The notes beneath the pieces are model-generated. The model was not told where the DNA came from. It saw nothing but the letters and a program-made list of their open reading frames with translations, and did not search any database. Shown piece after piece: positions 50,950 through 64,000 of a stretch of DNA of 64,000 nt. A program made the translations under genes and the position numbers. Source of the stretch: Vicugna vicugna (taxonomy: Eukaryota); NCBI GenBank assembly GCA_013265495.1, contig MU057503.1:558001-622000 (forward strand), given 5' to 3'. Position 1 is the first letter of the stretch, and the number at the start of each line of letters is the position of its first letter.

Positions 50950-51312
50950 CTAGACATTGTCCTGCCTTCCTACCCTCCTCCATCCAGCTGATTGGTTTAG
51001 GGATGGCCACCTGACTCTGGGTGAGCCAATTAGGGCCCTTCCATGGAAAATGAAAGAAATAAATGGTGGGAGAGAGAGAAAGAAGAGAGAGACAGAGGAG
51101 AGAGATGGAGACAGAGAGAGACAAAGGAGAAATAAAGCGTTATATAAAAGAGGAGTATGGATTAGAAATAAAGAGAATCTCAGTGGAGTCCAAGTCCCTA
51201 GGCAAACAGTCCTCAGACTTAGCTGTTTCCAAGACTCATTTATCTTTGTAAACTCTGGGTAACCCCAATATCCTATAATAAATTCCCCTCAGGTGGTTGT
51301 CAACTGCTAGTT
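50950..51312. mobile_element. MLT1-like LTR remnant with internal GA-rich tract
   Basis: gattggtttagggatggccacctgact...gccaattaggg and aataaattcccct...ggttgtcaactgc. Confidence 0.45.
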
Positions 51313-52057
51313 AAGGAGTCCAACAACACCCAACTCTCCTACGCATCCCTTTGTACTATTATGAAAGTAATAAGTAGGGACCATGAAGACAGAGGTAGAA
51401 CCCTATCTGACCCTGAATTCTCAAAGACCAGCCCAGTGCCAGGCAATACAGCAGGTGGTCAGAAAGCTACTGAATGAAATGTTTGTTGACTTCAGTGGAG
51501 AAACAGTAACTTGGGATTGAAAGTCTTATCATAAGCTCAAGAATCTCTAGATACTTATCTTAAGCATTAAAAGGGAAACTTTTTTTTTTAACTGTAAAAT
51601 TTTGACAGGACCAAAAATAGACACTGAGGTACTCCAGTCAGGTATATTTAGTCCCTGAGTATCTTTAACTTGTTATCAACTGAGTAACCAAAGTTTACTG
51701 GGAAGACATTTTTTAAAATTGCAGTCTATGAATAAATGCTAAACTAATGCAGAGAATTATTCCTGACGTTTACCATCAGGAGAGAGTGGGATGTTCAATT
51801 ATTAGAAATTTAGCAGCTGAGAACTAATCACCACTAATCCCAACCACCACCCTGGGATACGGAGGGACTTACGTAAGTCTCAGAAATTGTTGGAAATTCC
51901 ACAGACTCGAAATGAGGTAACTGTTTACCTTCCTTACTGCATTTCAATCTAGAGATTAAAATAGATCTCATTGTTGCAGAATCCTGGCTAGAGTAAAAAA
52001 AACAGGCTCCAAAGGTCTGAGAATGAATTTTAATAGCGGAACCAGGAGCATGAGAGG

Positions 52058-52178
52058 AAATCAGGAGGAAGAATTTTTCTTCATAAAAAGATTTTCTTCA
52101 AAGAAAAAAAAATTTTCTTCATAAAAAAAAAAAAAATCAGGAGGAAGAATTTTTCTTCATAAAAAAAAAAAAAAATCA
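52058..52178. repeat. Irregular tandem repeat of aatcaggaggaagaatttttcttcat(A)n with partial copies
   Basis: Full unit at ~52059 and ~52135; partial ttttcttca units at ~52092 and ~52113. Confidence 0.85.
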
Positions 52179-52557
52179 CCATGAGGGTGATTCTCACTTC
52201 ATTACCTTTCCAAATTGCACGTTTTTATATGCTGGTTGCAACATATCCTTTCTGCGCTGACACGAAGTATGAATTCATCAGTAAATAATAAAAGCAGTAC
52301 AAAATTCTCACATCCTACATTTTCAAAATACTTTCTAACTTATTAATGCATTCCTACAGGGTTACAGCTCAAAGTTCCTGAGTAAGATGACTTGATGTAC
52401 GTTTTGACCAAAACAACATTAGATCCGTTCACAGGCTTACCTGGAAATTTTACTAATCCATAACCTAATAAAGCACAATACTGAATGACAACAAATGTGG
52501 TTTGTGACACTGTTTCTACGGAAAAGTACATTTAGAATTCCAACCTCTGTTGTTCAT

Positions 52558-52720
52558 AATAGTTCTCAACATTTTGTGTGCCTACGGGTCACCAGGAGAA
52601 CTTCTGAAAACACGGGTCCCGCTCTGCGAGATTCTGGCTCAGTAGATCTAAGGTAGGACCAAAAACAGTTCCCCAGTAGCGGGGATGCTTCTGCTTTACT
52701 GCTGACACTGCGCAGCACTG
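52558..52720. mobile_element. MER5-like hAT-Charlie element
   Basis: agttctcaac...gagattctggctcagtagatctaaggtagg...cagcactg. Confidence 0.55.
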
Positions 52721-54098
52721 GCCTAGATGAGACACGGTCCTTCTGACTGAGCCAGGGACTAGAGTTCCCTTCAGTGAGGGAATGAGGCAGCCTCGGCCTC
52801 ATGCCACCAAGCTAGAGACTAGTATGTGACACCCCTAGTTCATACGCCCCTGGTGCTCCTAGAGCCAGAAGCTCAAGGGGCTTCTGGAGATGGAAAGGAG
52901 GAACCTGGTGAGGCATGGCGTTACGACGGCAGGAACAGGACCTTGAGGGGGGCCAGTCGCTGTGAGTGGCAGGAGCGTGACCGGGACAGTGAGGACTCCC
53001 CTGGGAGGAGGTGAGAATGAGAGTCCTGGCAGGGCTCTAGGGGGTCACTAGCTGGAGGAACGGGGTTTGGGGAGCGGCGGTCGGGAGTCTGCCACACCTG
53101 GGACTCATGCTGGCAATAAACAAGAAATGGGCAGAGGAGGGGAAGGGAGGGAAAGGCTATACACAGGAAGCTTGTTTCCAGAGGTGGAAGCGGCTGCAAA
53201 CAAGGGCGAAGAGGCCATCCTGCCTGTTCAGCATTATGGAGCCTAGGAGGTAAATCACCGTCAGGGGTAACTATTTTCCTATCTAAGTAATTACACACCA
53301 TCTGTATTCCAAATTATTAACTACAAGATACTTTCTACTATTAAGGAAAATGACTAACGTTAACACTTGTCAATACTTCATAATTTAGTTGTATGTTATC
53401 ACTTTCGAGTCTCCCAACAATCAGACAGGAGAGGTATTACTTGCTCCATTGCATAAAAACTGAACCCAGAAAGCTGACTAACCCAGGTTCAGACAGCCAC
53501 CGAGTGGTTCAGCCCAGACTCGGACCACCATCACTTCAGGAAAAGGAAGCTGAGAACCTTTGCAGATTCGGAAGACAAATCCACCTCCTGGACAGTTTCA
53601 CAGAAGCCAAGGAGGTGAGGATTTAAGAAGGTAAAGTGTCAGGCGCCAGGAAGAGTTCAAGTGCCTATTAGATCTGGCACTTAAGAGATTATTCGTGGTC
53701 ACTGGTAAGGGCTGTAAAATCCAAAGTACTAAAATCCTCTCCCCTCCCAGAGGAAGGGGAGTTTTAAGTGACACAATGCACTGTGACTGAATGGACTAGT
53801 TTCCAGGGAAGTCTGTCACTTTGCTTGTTTTTATGAATAAGCAAGGAAAGGAACTTAAAATAGCAACCATACCTCTCCATAAACAGACTCTGGTTCGAAT
53901 CCAAAGGTGACCTACTGAAACAGCTGCTCTAAAGCCTCTCACAAATTCCCAAACATATAATAGCAATTTATAGACTAACTGAACAATAAATGACACCTTT
54001 TTAATTGGCTCCAAACTCCAAAGCTATATAGACATTTCAAAAATTTTCAAAAATTTAATAATGTGTCTTTGTAGTCAAAGATTCATGGAAGAAAAAAA

Positions 54099-54135
54099 TA
54101 TATATATTATATATATAGAGAGAGAGAGAGGGGGG
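54099..54135. repeat. Compound (TA)n(GA)n microsatellite
   Basis: tatatatattatatatatagagagagagagaggggg. Confidence 0.85.
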
Positions 54136-56499
54136 AAGCATGCTATCAGAATGTTAATAAATTTCGAATCTGAGGGAAAAGGATTCAGGTATTTGTTGAA
54201 TTATTCTTTCACCATTTCTGTATGTTTATCATGTTTATTGTAATATAAAGTTGTGAGAAGAATCTGTATCTGGCTTTAACCCTCTGAGGAAATGAAACTT
54301 TTTACAAATGCATACAATAAATGATTTTTTTAAAATGTAAAACTCGAGATAAAAAGAAAAGAGAGAAAATAAAAGTTCAAAGACAGGAAGAGTTTAAATG
54401 CCCATGTGGTGACCGTAGTTCAGACACAGTTAAAATTAAGCCTCAAAGGTAGCTCCCAGTTTCCTGGCTGCCACACCAGAAAGGGAACAGTGGCTGTCAC
54501 ACTTTCCCATCACGCACAGGTCAAGGTTACTGGTTCTGCAGGGAGACCAGAGCTGGTTCAGAAGGAAATTTCTCCTGCCGTGGGTCTTCCTACAGGGAAG
54601 ATCACTGACAAAGGCAATGTCCTCATCGTCACTCCCACAGTCAGTACCAGGGTGCTCCTTCCACTACTGTCTGCCCAGCTAAGAGTTGGCTCCAAGGTCA
54701 AGTGCATGGAAAGCCCTAGTTGGGGGTGGGGGGGAGCAGAAGGTGCATATGAGGAATATGGACGAAGTTCACATAGTATTTACAAAAATGGACAGGTTGC
54801 ATGTCATTCACATTAACCTCCATAAATGCCACTTGGTCTAGAAGGACTTCTGATAAAAAGGTGCCCAGCAAACAAGCCGAAAAATTGAACAAGCCAATAA
54901 GAACAAAATTTCATTTTCTCTCTGTTGCTCACACACAGAAGTAAAGTTGATTTTTGTCTTATGTTGAAAAAATAAACAGAAATAGATCATTTTTTTTCAA
55001 AAAGCTGAGCAGCAGGATGTTTAGTGCTATGCTGTAGCAGACACGTGGAGCACAGGAGAACTAGCAGACTTCGAAGACAACAAGGGAGCTCAGGCAACTG
55101 GTACCCTAATGAATGGACACTCTACTTCCACATGGCCAGAGCTTTGTGTAAAAACTATGCTGGCTTGCTGCAACCCAGGAATGACCTAAATCTAGAAAAT
55201 GCTAACATTCAGTGGCAAAAAGCAATGTATCCTAAACTTTGATCATTCTCTACAAGAGTCACAATTTCTGCCTTATCCACACACCACTTTTAGTACTTAC
55301 GGGGGTGGAGAGTGAACTTGGGCAAGTTACTTAGTTTCAAGCTGAGTTTCTCCACCTAAACATGATAATTTAGTACCTAACCTCTCAGTGTTATGGAGAC
55401 AAAACTGGTTTCGTAACCACCAGTGAAAGCCTGGCCAGCTGTAAGGCCTGAAGAAAAGTTCATGAAGTCACAAGTATCACGTGGAAACTTGACTTTTATC
55501 TAGGAGACACCGAGGTAAAGGGCCTCCTAAATCATTCTGGATCCATCAGAAATGGTAAATATCTATCTGTCTGTCTGTCTGTCTCTCTCTCTTCTGGAAG
55601 GCAAGATGACGCAAAAGCATAATCAAACAATTAAGAATTTTAAAAGTATGTGGGTGGGTGGAAGGAGGACTAAAATCTTATAATGGTCAAGAGACAGCTC
55701 CTACTCTCTCTCATCACATTGTGATGCTCTCACTCATCACAACGTAGGACCTGCACACGCTTCGGAGATCAGGCACCTCTAAACGAACAGAGCTTCCTCT
55801 AACCCAGTCCCTGCCCACAGCCAAACACAGAAGAAAGGTCAACCAGAGTCCTGTGTTAGGATGTTCCTAAAACGTTCTCCACATGACAAAGAATATATGT
55901 ACTAATTCAAGTCACTAGAGTAAGTGGGCCTAAAGCTGGGGTGGACCTGCTGTCCTGGTTTTTTTTAGCACTCAACGTATTGCCCTCTTGAGAGCCAAAT
56001 TCAGGAAGGTTGGTCATGTTCCCAAAGACCACTTCTTCTTCATGTAGAATATTGGCCCAATAATAGAGACTGGTGATTTTCTAAGTTGGAAACTGGCAAA
56101 GATGTTAGAACGTCAAATGAACCGCTGGACCTGAAGTTGGGAAAGGCGGGAACCGGGAACACTACACCTCAAAGACACACCCAGTCAGGATCCTCTCTGC
56201 GACAATGAACAGAAACGGGCTGCCGTGGCACAGAGCCCAAGCGGCAGAGCAGACTTAGAACGCTGCAGCGGCAAAAGTGTACGGTTTTAATGAGCAGTGA
56301 GAAAAGACAATGTAGGACCCCACGCTCAAAAGGCCAACTTTTTTTACATTTGGGGCCAATTTCTTGGGTCCCCGAGATTTCAAAGCTTTAAGAGTCCAAC
56401 CTTCCAGATATCAGCTGGCAGTTAAAGACTTCTCCATTCAAATCACTTTAGGTCTCGGGGCCTGTGAGGGACGGTCAAGCAAAGTTAACAACTGAGTCT

Positions 56500-57765
56500 T
56501 ATTTTCCTGGTTCCTTGAGTGCCTGGTAATTTTTTATTGCACTCCAGATGCTGAATTTTACCTTGTTGGGTACTGGATATTTCTGTATACTTATAAGTAA
56601 GTATTCTTGAGACTTGCTCTGGGACACAGCTACTTGTTAAGGATCTGATTCTTGCAGATTTTCCCTTTAAGATTTGTTAGGTGGACAAAAAGAAAAAAAA
56701 AGTGAAATAATGCCATTTGCAGCAATGTGAATGGACCTAGAGATTATCATATTAAGTGAAGTAAGTCAAAGACAAGTATCAAATGATGTCACTTATATGT
56801 GGAACCTAAAAAATGATACAAATCTTATTTACAAACCCATGAACACAGAAAACAAACTATGGTTACCAGAGGAGAAAGGGCAGGGGAGGGTGAAATTGGG
56901 AATTTAGGATTAACAGGCACACATTACTATATATAAAATAAACAACAAGGACTTACTGTACAGCACAAGGAACAATATTCACTTTCTTATAGTAACATAT
57001 AAGGGAAAAGAATCTGAAAAAAAGTACGTATGTATACATATAACTGAATTGCTTTTCTGTACACCTGAAACTAACATTGTAAATCAATTGCACTTCAATA
57101 AAAAACAAAATTTATAAAAACAAACAAAAAATCAAACAAACAAAAAAGATTAGCCAGGCAGGACGAGAAAGCATTTAGTTTAGGGCTAATTATTCCCCAC
57201 TGTTCAAGGCAAGACCCTGCTGAGAACTACCCGACGTCCTTCCTACGAGTGATAGCGTTCTCTGGTCTCGCTGATGGCAACAGGCACTGTTCCCGGCTCG
57301 GTGTGAGCACTGGATGCTGCTCCTCTAATCCTTGTGAAGGACTTCTTCTCCAGTCTCAGACAGTTTCCTCACGTGAATGAGCTGACCTCACATGAACGAC
57401 TCTGCTGAAACTGGAGGGGCACTCTGCAGATCTCTGGGACACTTCCTCTGTAGAGCTATCTCCTCTTCAGTATGCTGTTCTGGGAAGTCTAGCTTCCTTG
57501 GTCTCCTCGGACTCTCAGCTCATCTTCAACTCGGAAACCTGGCTTGGTTCCACTGGGCTTTTCCCCTCTCTCAAAGCTGGGATAGGAGGAAGGCTCACCT
57601 CATTGGTTTCCCAACTCCCAGAGAACAGAAAACTTTGGGCATCAGGCAACAAGTGTCCCTTAAATTGTTGTTTATATATAATTGGTTAGTCTTTTGTTTT
57701 TTGTTTGTTTCAGGTTGTAGATAAATCTAATCCTTATGCCTCCATGTTAGTTGGATGCAAAAATG
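56500..57765 (-). mobile_element. Ancient L1M (L1MC-like) fragment split by the younger L1 at 56686-57147
   Basis: Motifs ttgttgggtactggatatttctgtat, gcatttagtttagggctaattattccccac and ctctgcagatctctgg resemble an old eutherian L1M consensus. Subfamily and strand are from memory. Confidence 0.5.
56686..57147 (+). mobile_element. L1 3' end (cetartiodactyl-type) with A-rich tail, nested in an older L1M fragment
   Basis: gaaataatgccatttgcagcaatgtgaatggacctagagattatcatattaagtgaagtaagtc...ctgtacacctgaaactaacattgtaaatcaattgcacttcaataaaaa, then (CAAA)n. Degenerate TSD aagatttgttaggtggac / aagattagccaggcaggac. Confidence 0.85.
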
Positions 57766-60700
57766 TCCCAGGACCATTTTCAAAAGGGAAGAAGCCTTTG
57801 TCCACAATTTTACAATGAACTGATGCTAAGTAGAATCTGACATCACATCTGGCATCCCATCAAAAACTATAATTTCTGTGAAGTGAAGCAGTATCTGTAT
57901 CAAAAAATGGCCTGGGAGATCCCAAGACCTGGGGAGTCCTGCAGCTTTATCGGTTACTATGCACCTGGTTATTGCATCACCATAGTTTATCTCACCTCCA
58001 CAGCTAGGCTAGATTTAAATTACCTAAGAACTATGTTATATCTTATCTTAAATTGAGCTACATATAAATCCAATGTGTTTACGTGATCATTAGAGCAATT
58101 TACAAATTGGGCTTAAAGATGTGGAAGAGTCTTCTGGAATCAATCCCTACTGCTTCCACCTTCAATGAAGATACAAGCTCTGTGTGTGTGAGCGCGTGTG
58201 CACATGCTCACACCCTTGGTGGGGGGAGGGGAGGGGCAGAGCACGAAGGGGAAGAAGTGGTGTGGCTGGACCACACTGACTCCATGTGTCAGCTCCATCT
58301 TAGGCCTGCAGTCCGACCTGTCCCCTCTCTGCGTGACTGATCTTTATGCTAACTCACAAGGAATGCACCCAAGCCAGGTAAGTTCCCTATCAACCTTTAC
58401 CCTTGCCTTCATCTGTTACGAAAACTGGAAGAGTGCCTGCCTTTTGCTGACACAGATGGTTAGTAGACATGAGACCCCCAGAGGGAGGAAAACCCTCGGT
58501 TTCTGTTGCTTCTCCCTTAGTAGTCAGATTTTATTTTTAGCTCCGCCCCTTTTAAGTCCACCTGTGCTCCTTACGGTAGTGTGAGGTGCAGTGGCCAATA
58601 CCTGTGGAGTATCGTCCGACCAAGCCTGCCTGTACCTGAGTTACTCACAGTAAACTTCACAATTGCACTTTATGGAGTTGCCTGCTTTATTTTTCAGCTT
58701 TAAAATTCCTTCTGAGTTTGGAGGGTGTTATTCAGTATTTCCGCCTTCCAACAAGCGTCTTATTTACTACAGCATCCCTGAGCACCCAGCGAAAGGGTTG
58801 GCACTGAGACAGCACCCAAATATTTAGCAAATGAAGGAAGGAAGGAATGCCACTACTTTGAAAAACTAAATATATATAATGCAAACTCCTTTTAGTGGTC
58901 CCAAGGCATCCTGGACAAAATGGATCACTTCCTCTCTTGGTCTGGTTAAGCGCGAAGGGAAGGGGCATGGTGGCTGGTGTTCAGTGGGAACAACGATGAC
59001 TGGGTTCTACAGCTGTTACCCAAGTCACCTCAGTTGTTTTAAAAAGGTGTACTTTATTGCTGTAACCTATCCCCGTAAAAGGGAAGACTCTAAAATCCAA
59101 GAGAGAAAATCTGCTCATTAAAGAGCCTCACAAAGCTTTTTTTTTTTTTTTTTTTTATAAGTGACTCCAAGTTGAAAACTCTCTTGAAGGTTTCAAGATG
59201 ATGAATTGACACAGATTCAGCCATTTCCGCTCTGGGTTCAACACCATTGCATGTTGAGCTTTACTTAAATCCTTCATGCTGAAGCTCAAATTCATTTTAT
59301 TATGTTGCTGCCACTGAAGGTCCTCCTCTGCCTTCTCTTCTCCAGATCAGACCGTCTTTGCTTGTACTTCCCCCCCGCCCACACCCCTCTGAACTCTACA
59401 CAAAACACTGATCATACTGTGCATGCTACATCTTATCGTTCTTATTTGAATGCATGCCTGGCCCCCTTTATGAGGGTTTCACCAGGGCAGGCATGCACCC
59501 AGCAAGTCACTGCATAAACAAAGTGTTTACGTAATGACTAGTGACTAGACACACTCTCATCCATTTGTCACGAGTCTTCAGACTCCTTTTTTTTTGCTTT
59601 CATTTGACCTATCTTTAAAAATAAGTCTCAGTACACATTTGCTGTAGATCTCCAAGTAGACCATTATCCTCATGGAAAATAATTATTAATCTTTTAAATT
59701 AATTTTTATAATAAAGAATACAATGATCAGCAAATTCATGAGTTCCCACATTTTAGAAAAACTTTTACTCCTCCAAAGTTATGTCACACATTCAGATATC
59801 ACAGATAGAAACAGTTCTGTGATTTTCTTCCTTCACCAGGTATTAAGCACAACAGATCCTAATGGGTAGATTTAATTACATTCATCAATAGTCTTTGCAG
59901 AATCTTTTATACAGCATTCACCAGGGCACTGTTATTCCAGAGTTCGGATCATATCAACTGTCTTCTGGTAAGTAAAATGATGTAAAGAATGAGGAGAAAC
60001 AAACCACATTTCATATGCGAAGCCACATTATCATAAAATGAGTGATGCTTTAAATAAAGTGCCATTTATTGTGTAAGCATGAAAAGTAATGATTCTCTAA
60101 AGCAGTGTTTCTCAATCTTCTCACTACTGCTTCCCCAAGGAGAAAGATTAAATATTAAGGAAGAAGAATTTTCAGGAAGAACTGTGCTTTGGAAGGCCAC
60201 AAACCAATGTAACATCCAGATCGTTTCTGCCTCCCAAGAACCCACTTTTGCACACTTAGGGGTTTATCACCACTACTGAGAATGCACGCTATTAAAGATT
60301 AACCAGTGTGTTTTCATACTAAAAAAGCCCACAGTTTGGGCAAATGTAACATGTTCCATATATTAAACACATGTCACAGTGACTGCATCCCTGAACATTT
60401 TCAATACACTCCCATGTTCTTCAAGGCCCACTTAAAACCACTTGAAAAAACACCCTCCCAGTTCTCTCAGCTTGCCCCCGAGAATCTCTCCCATTGGTTT
60501 TCTGATCCTTTCAGGGGCTACCAGAGACCACCTTGTATTATAACCACACACTCAGGAATCCTCCTACCCTATTAAACTTGACAAGAGCCCAATGAGTAAG
60601 AACTCAGCACTATTCATCTTTGTGCTTCCCCCAGGATGTGGCTCAGAGATTGGTAGGTAGGTACAAAGGGACGTTATGGTTATTAGAGGCACCGATGGAG

Positions 60701-63700
60701 ACTGGCAGCCCCTTTTCCTGGAGCTTCCTACGCAGCTGGCTATCTTGTGCTCATTCATCAGCCCTGGGGTGGGTAACTGTGCAGTGGGTGAGCTTCTTTA
60801 TTGTTGTTGTTCATTTTTCTTAAATGACTACACGACCTCCCCTGCAGAAGCCGGCATTTCAGAACCCACTTGCGGATATGCCATCTCCCTCCCCCGCTGC
60901 CCTCCTCCCTCTGGGCCATCTCTACACTTTCCAGCCAGGTCTGCCTACCCTTCAAAAGCTGGCCCCTGATTTTGCTGGTCTTATTCTGTTCTGTGTCTCT
61001 CAACTGAAAGGAAAAATGAAATCTTCTTAAGGTCTTACACAAATAAAGGGATTGGGGTAAAAATTACTAGGTTCATACATAATGCTTGTTGACGGTTTTA
61101 CTGCCCAGCAGTGACACCTTTATAATTTAAGTGTTTTGGTAAAATCGATAACCCTCACCCTCTGCCTGACAGGGAAGATGAATAGTAAAGGGGCACAAAA
61201 CATTCTTTTCATTAATAGAACTTCAAGGAGAAAATAGTTGAAAGGCCAGTTTAAGGCTTTCCTGTCTTCCTTGATTCTAATCTTCATGCAGAAAATGGTA
61301 TCATTAATTTTTCATTATTTGCCTCAAATTATATACAAACACAAAGTAGCCAAAATCCTATAAAATCAAAGGCTAAGTCAGTAGCAATAAGCTGATAATT
61401 ACCATAGAGGGAAACACATCCCTGGAAGAGGTACTGGAGGTGCCTCTCAAGGAAGTGACTCAATTAGGAAACAAGCCTCCAGGAAGCATGTGATCTTGAC
61501 TTGCAGCAGCTCCTCAACAACGTTCATCCAGAAAACGCGGCGGGAAGAGGGTATAAAGAGCGAGGTCAGATCTCTAAACATATGCAGGGCACAGTCTCGC
61601 AGCCAGCTACGCGATCAGGCATGTGTTCACATGTCTATCCCTCCTCTCGCTCCAGAGGTAAACCAAGACCCTTGAAATTCTATTTTCAAAATGAACCCTG
61701 CAATGACTTGCATTTTAAACAGCGTGATGCATTATCGTTAATAACAGCACTGGCCACATCTTGGAGGAAGTGAACTGTCTCAGCAAATGACAGAAAATGA
61801 TCCTTTTGCAACTGCAGCTAGTAATCTAAGCCCTGAATAGCTGCTCACGCCCATCGTTAGCCAAGTAAAGGCCTCATTCCTCCTCCAAATTTGCACTGCT
61901 CACTGTCTTACGCAACAATCACAGATGCAAAGCCTTCAACACTTTGCATTAAATTTTTTTTTTTAATTTAAAACTGAAGTTAGGAAGTCACCTGAATAAA
62001 GAGTAACAAACTTGTCATCTGACACCCAAGCTTGGCACCAGGCCCACCACCTCCATCTTGACTCTGAAGACCTTCTTTCTGGCCAGGATTTCTCAATAGG
62101 CTTCTCTGTCACTTCTTAAATGACATTCAAAACTCAAAAGCACAGATTTAAAAAGGAATAAAACATGTGCTAACAGAGATCTCCATAAACACAGGAGGCG
62201 AAAAGAATGCAAGTATGTGTTGGTCCTTTGGGAGATGAGATGGGGCGGGGGGAAGGAACTCTGGATGGGAACCTTTGAAAGTATTCCTTATAAGGCTAAA
62301 AACCTTGATAAATATTCAGCATAAAAAAAACAGGAAGCTAACAAAACAGGCACCCAGTTCAATGTCACTTAAATGGACAATGGTGGAAATTGGAGCTGGG
62401 GCGTTGGAAATGATTTGAGTGAACTGCTTCAATTTTCAGATGAGGAAACTGAATTACACACAGAAAATTGTCCAAGTTGTTCAAGGTGCCATGGCCATAA
62501 CCCTGATTATGAAGTACTGAATCCCTATCTAATGCGGCTCCAACAACTCACTGTTGAAACATTTGGCAGGCTTCATGCTCCTTCAAAGCACGGAGGTTAC
62601 ACTTAAAACAAGAGCACAACCCTTGCTTCTAAAGGACTATGTTCTGACATCCCCATCTCCAATTCACAGCAATCTGAATTGCTGCTAAGTTTCCGGGCCA
62701 GCAAATGTGAACACAGAGGTGAGAAAATGGAACTGCATCGCCTCTTCTGGTGATCTAGTGTTTCACCATTTACCCATCCCCTCCACATGCATCTTCTCAA
62801 TGAACACTGCAACACCCTGCAAAACCGGAAGAGTAGGCATGACACCTGTTTTTTCCAGATAAGAAAACTGAGTCTCAGGTCTGCCAAATCACAACAAAAT
62901 ACAGCATGATGAAGATGACAGTAGAAACTTACTAAGACAGGCAGTGAGTCTTGTGAAGAACAGCAACAATTTAAAAACCAAAGTAGACTAGGCTAAAAAT
63001 CCCACTTGCCCCTTATGAGCAAAATAAACGATGAACCTCACGCCTCTCCTCTGTGAATTGGGGCTCCCATAACTGCCTTCTTTCTGGACTTTTATAAGGA
63101 TTAGACAGAACTTTTGCTAAGTGCCCAGGACAGCAGCGTCTCTCACTGAACACCTGCTATCCTTACGAAACATTAAAATGAAACATTCTAACAAATTACG
63201 AGTTTCAGATCATGGAAACCATGATTAGATCATGTAACTTCCATTTAAACTACAACTCTTCAGCCCTGGAGCTGACAGCAGCTGACCAGCCACAGCTAAG
63301 GTTTGTTGCCTCCCCTTCTCTATTTGTGAAATTGTTTCTTGCTGTGTTGACTTTGTGACTGCTTGCTATGAGCTGTCTTCTCCTCCCTGGGGCATTTGTG
63401 TATCCAAACGTATGTCTTATGACTCCCCATTTCACTCCGGATAGTAGCTGTTTTATTTCCAGAAGAGAAACCATATGGTTGTAGCAAGAAGCAGATGAGA
63501 AAGTGAACTCTCACTGCTAAGACTTTTAGAAGGAAAGTTTCATTTTCCTTAGAGGAGGGCACAGACCCAAATGCTTCCTGGCCCAGAAGGTTACATTGAG
63601 GACATGGTGGTACTTGCAGCAAACTGAGGAGTATGTGTCCCACGAAAGGCCAGCAGCCTGAAGCCAGTTCCAGCTGATTACGGGAATATGGTTCAGTATT

Positions 63701-64000
63701 GTCAAATTGCCTGGCATTTTAAAAGAGGCCAAGAATCTATATTACGGAAAATTTCTAGATTTTGACAACACTGTGTGAGCCAAATAAAATACGCTTATGA
63801 GCAAGTGGGGTCCATGGTTCACCAACATTTCTAATTGTTGCCTTCAAGCCTTCTGAGATATACCAAACTACAGAGAAACTCTGCTCTGAAGTTTCCTACC
63901 TGGAAAGGTGATCAGAAAGCAAAGATCATGAAAGGCTTGGAGCGTAAGCTGCTGAGATAAAAAGGAGAAAATCTTAAAAAGAATCCACTGGAAATCAGGC

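Noticed and set aside
52058..52178. Repeat-spacer pattern as a CRISPR-like array
   Set aside because: Mammalian intron, no unique spacers of constant length, units separated by poly(A), no cas genes.
52174..52192. Short hairpin aatcacc-atgag-ggtgatt after an A-run (terminator-like on the minus strand)
   Set aside because: A 7-bp stem is expected by chance, and intrinsic terminators are not relevant to a Pol II intron.
40000..64000. Search for PPM1H exon 1, nested genes, processed pseudogenes or snoRNA/miRNA hairpins in the upstream intron
   Set aside because: No recognisable peptide, promoter-scale CpG island or structured RNA seen by eye. An Rfam/Infernal scan and BLASTX would be needed to exclude them formally.

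Overview
Mammalian genomic DNA, not microbial. It is almost certainly a camelid (Camelus or Vicugna), inferred from camelid-type tRNA-derived SINEs and a young camelid-type L1 3' tail. The whole 64 kb lies inside the PPM1H gene (PP2C/PPM-family Ser/Thr phosphatase) on the minus strand. Three coding exons are recognisable, each with canonical AG/GT boundaries and compatible phases: exon 2 (39780-39945, 166 nt), exon 3 (345 nt) and exon 4 (10428-10540, 113 nt). Exon numbering follows the human gene from memory. Exon 3 appears twice (19381-19725 and 21753-22097), within a ~2 kb near-identical block repeated on either side of a 339-N gap. This is most likely a false duplication from assembly, although a real one would keep the reading frame. 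The rest is intron containing L1, L2, MIR, SINE, LTR and DNA-transposon remnants, microsatellites and a few candidate regulatory motifs. Nearly all ORFs in the supplied track are chance ORFs. I found no credible previously undescribed biological system. The most useful observations are the exon 3 duplication, a shared assembly-artefact signature, and several insertions with clear target-site duplications (TSDs). Repeat family names are recalled from consensus sequences, and repeat boundaries are approximate.
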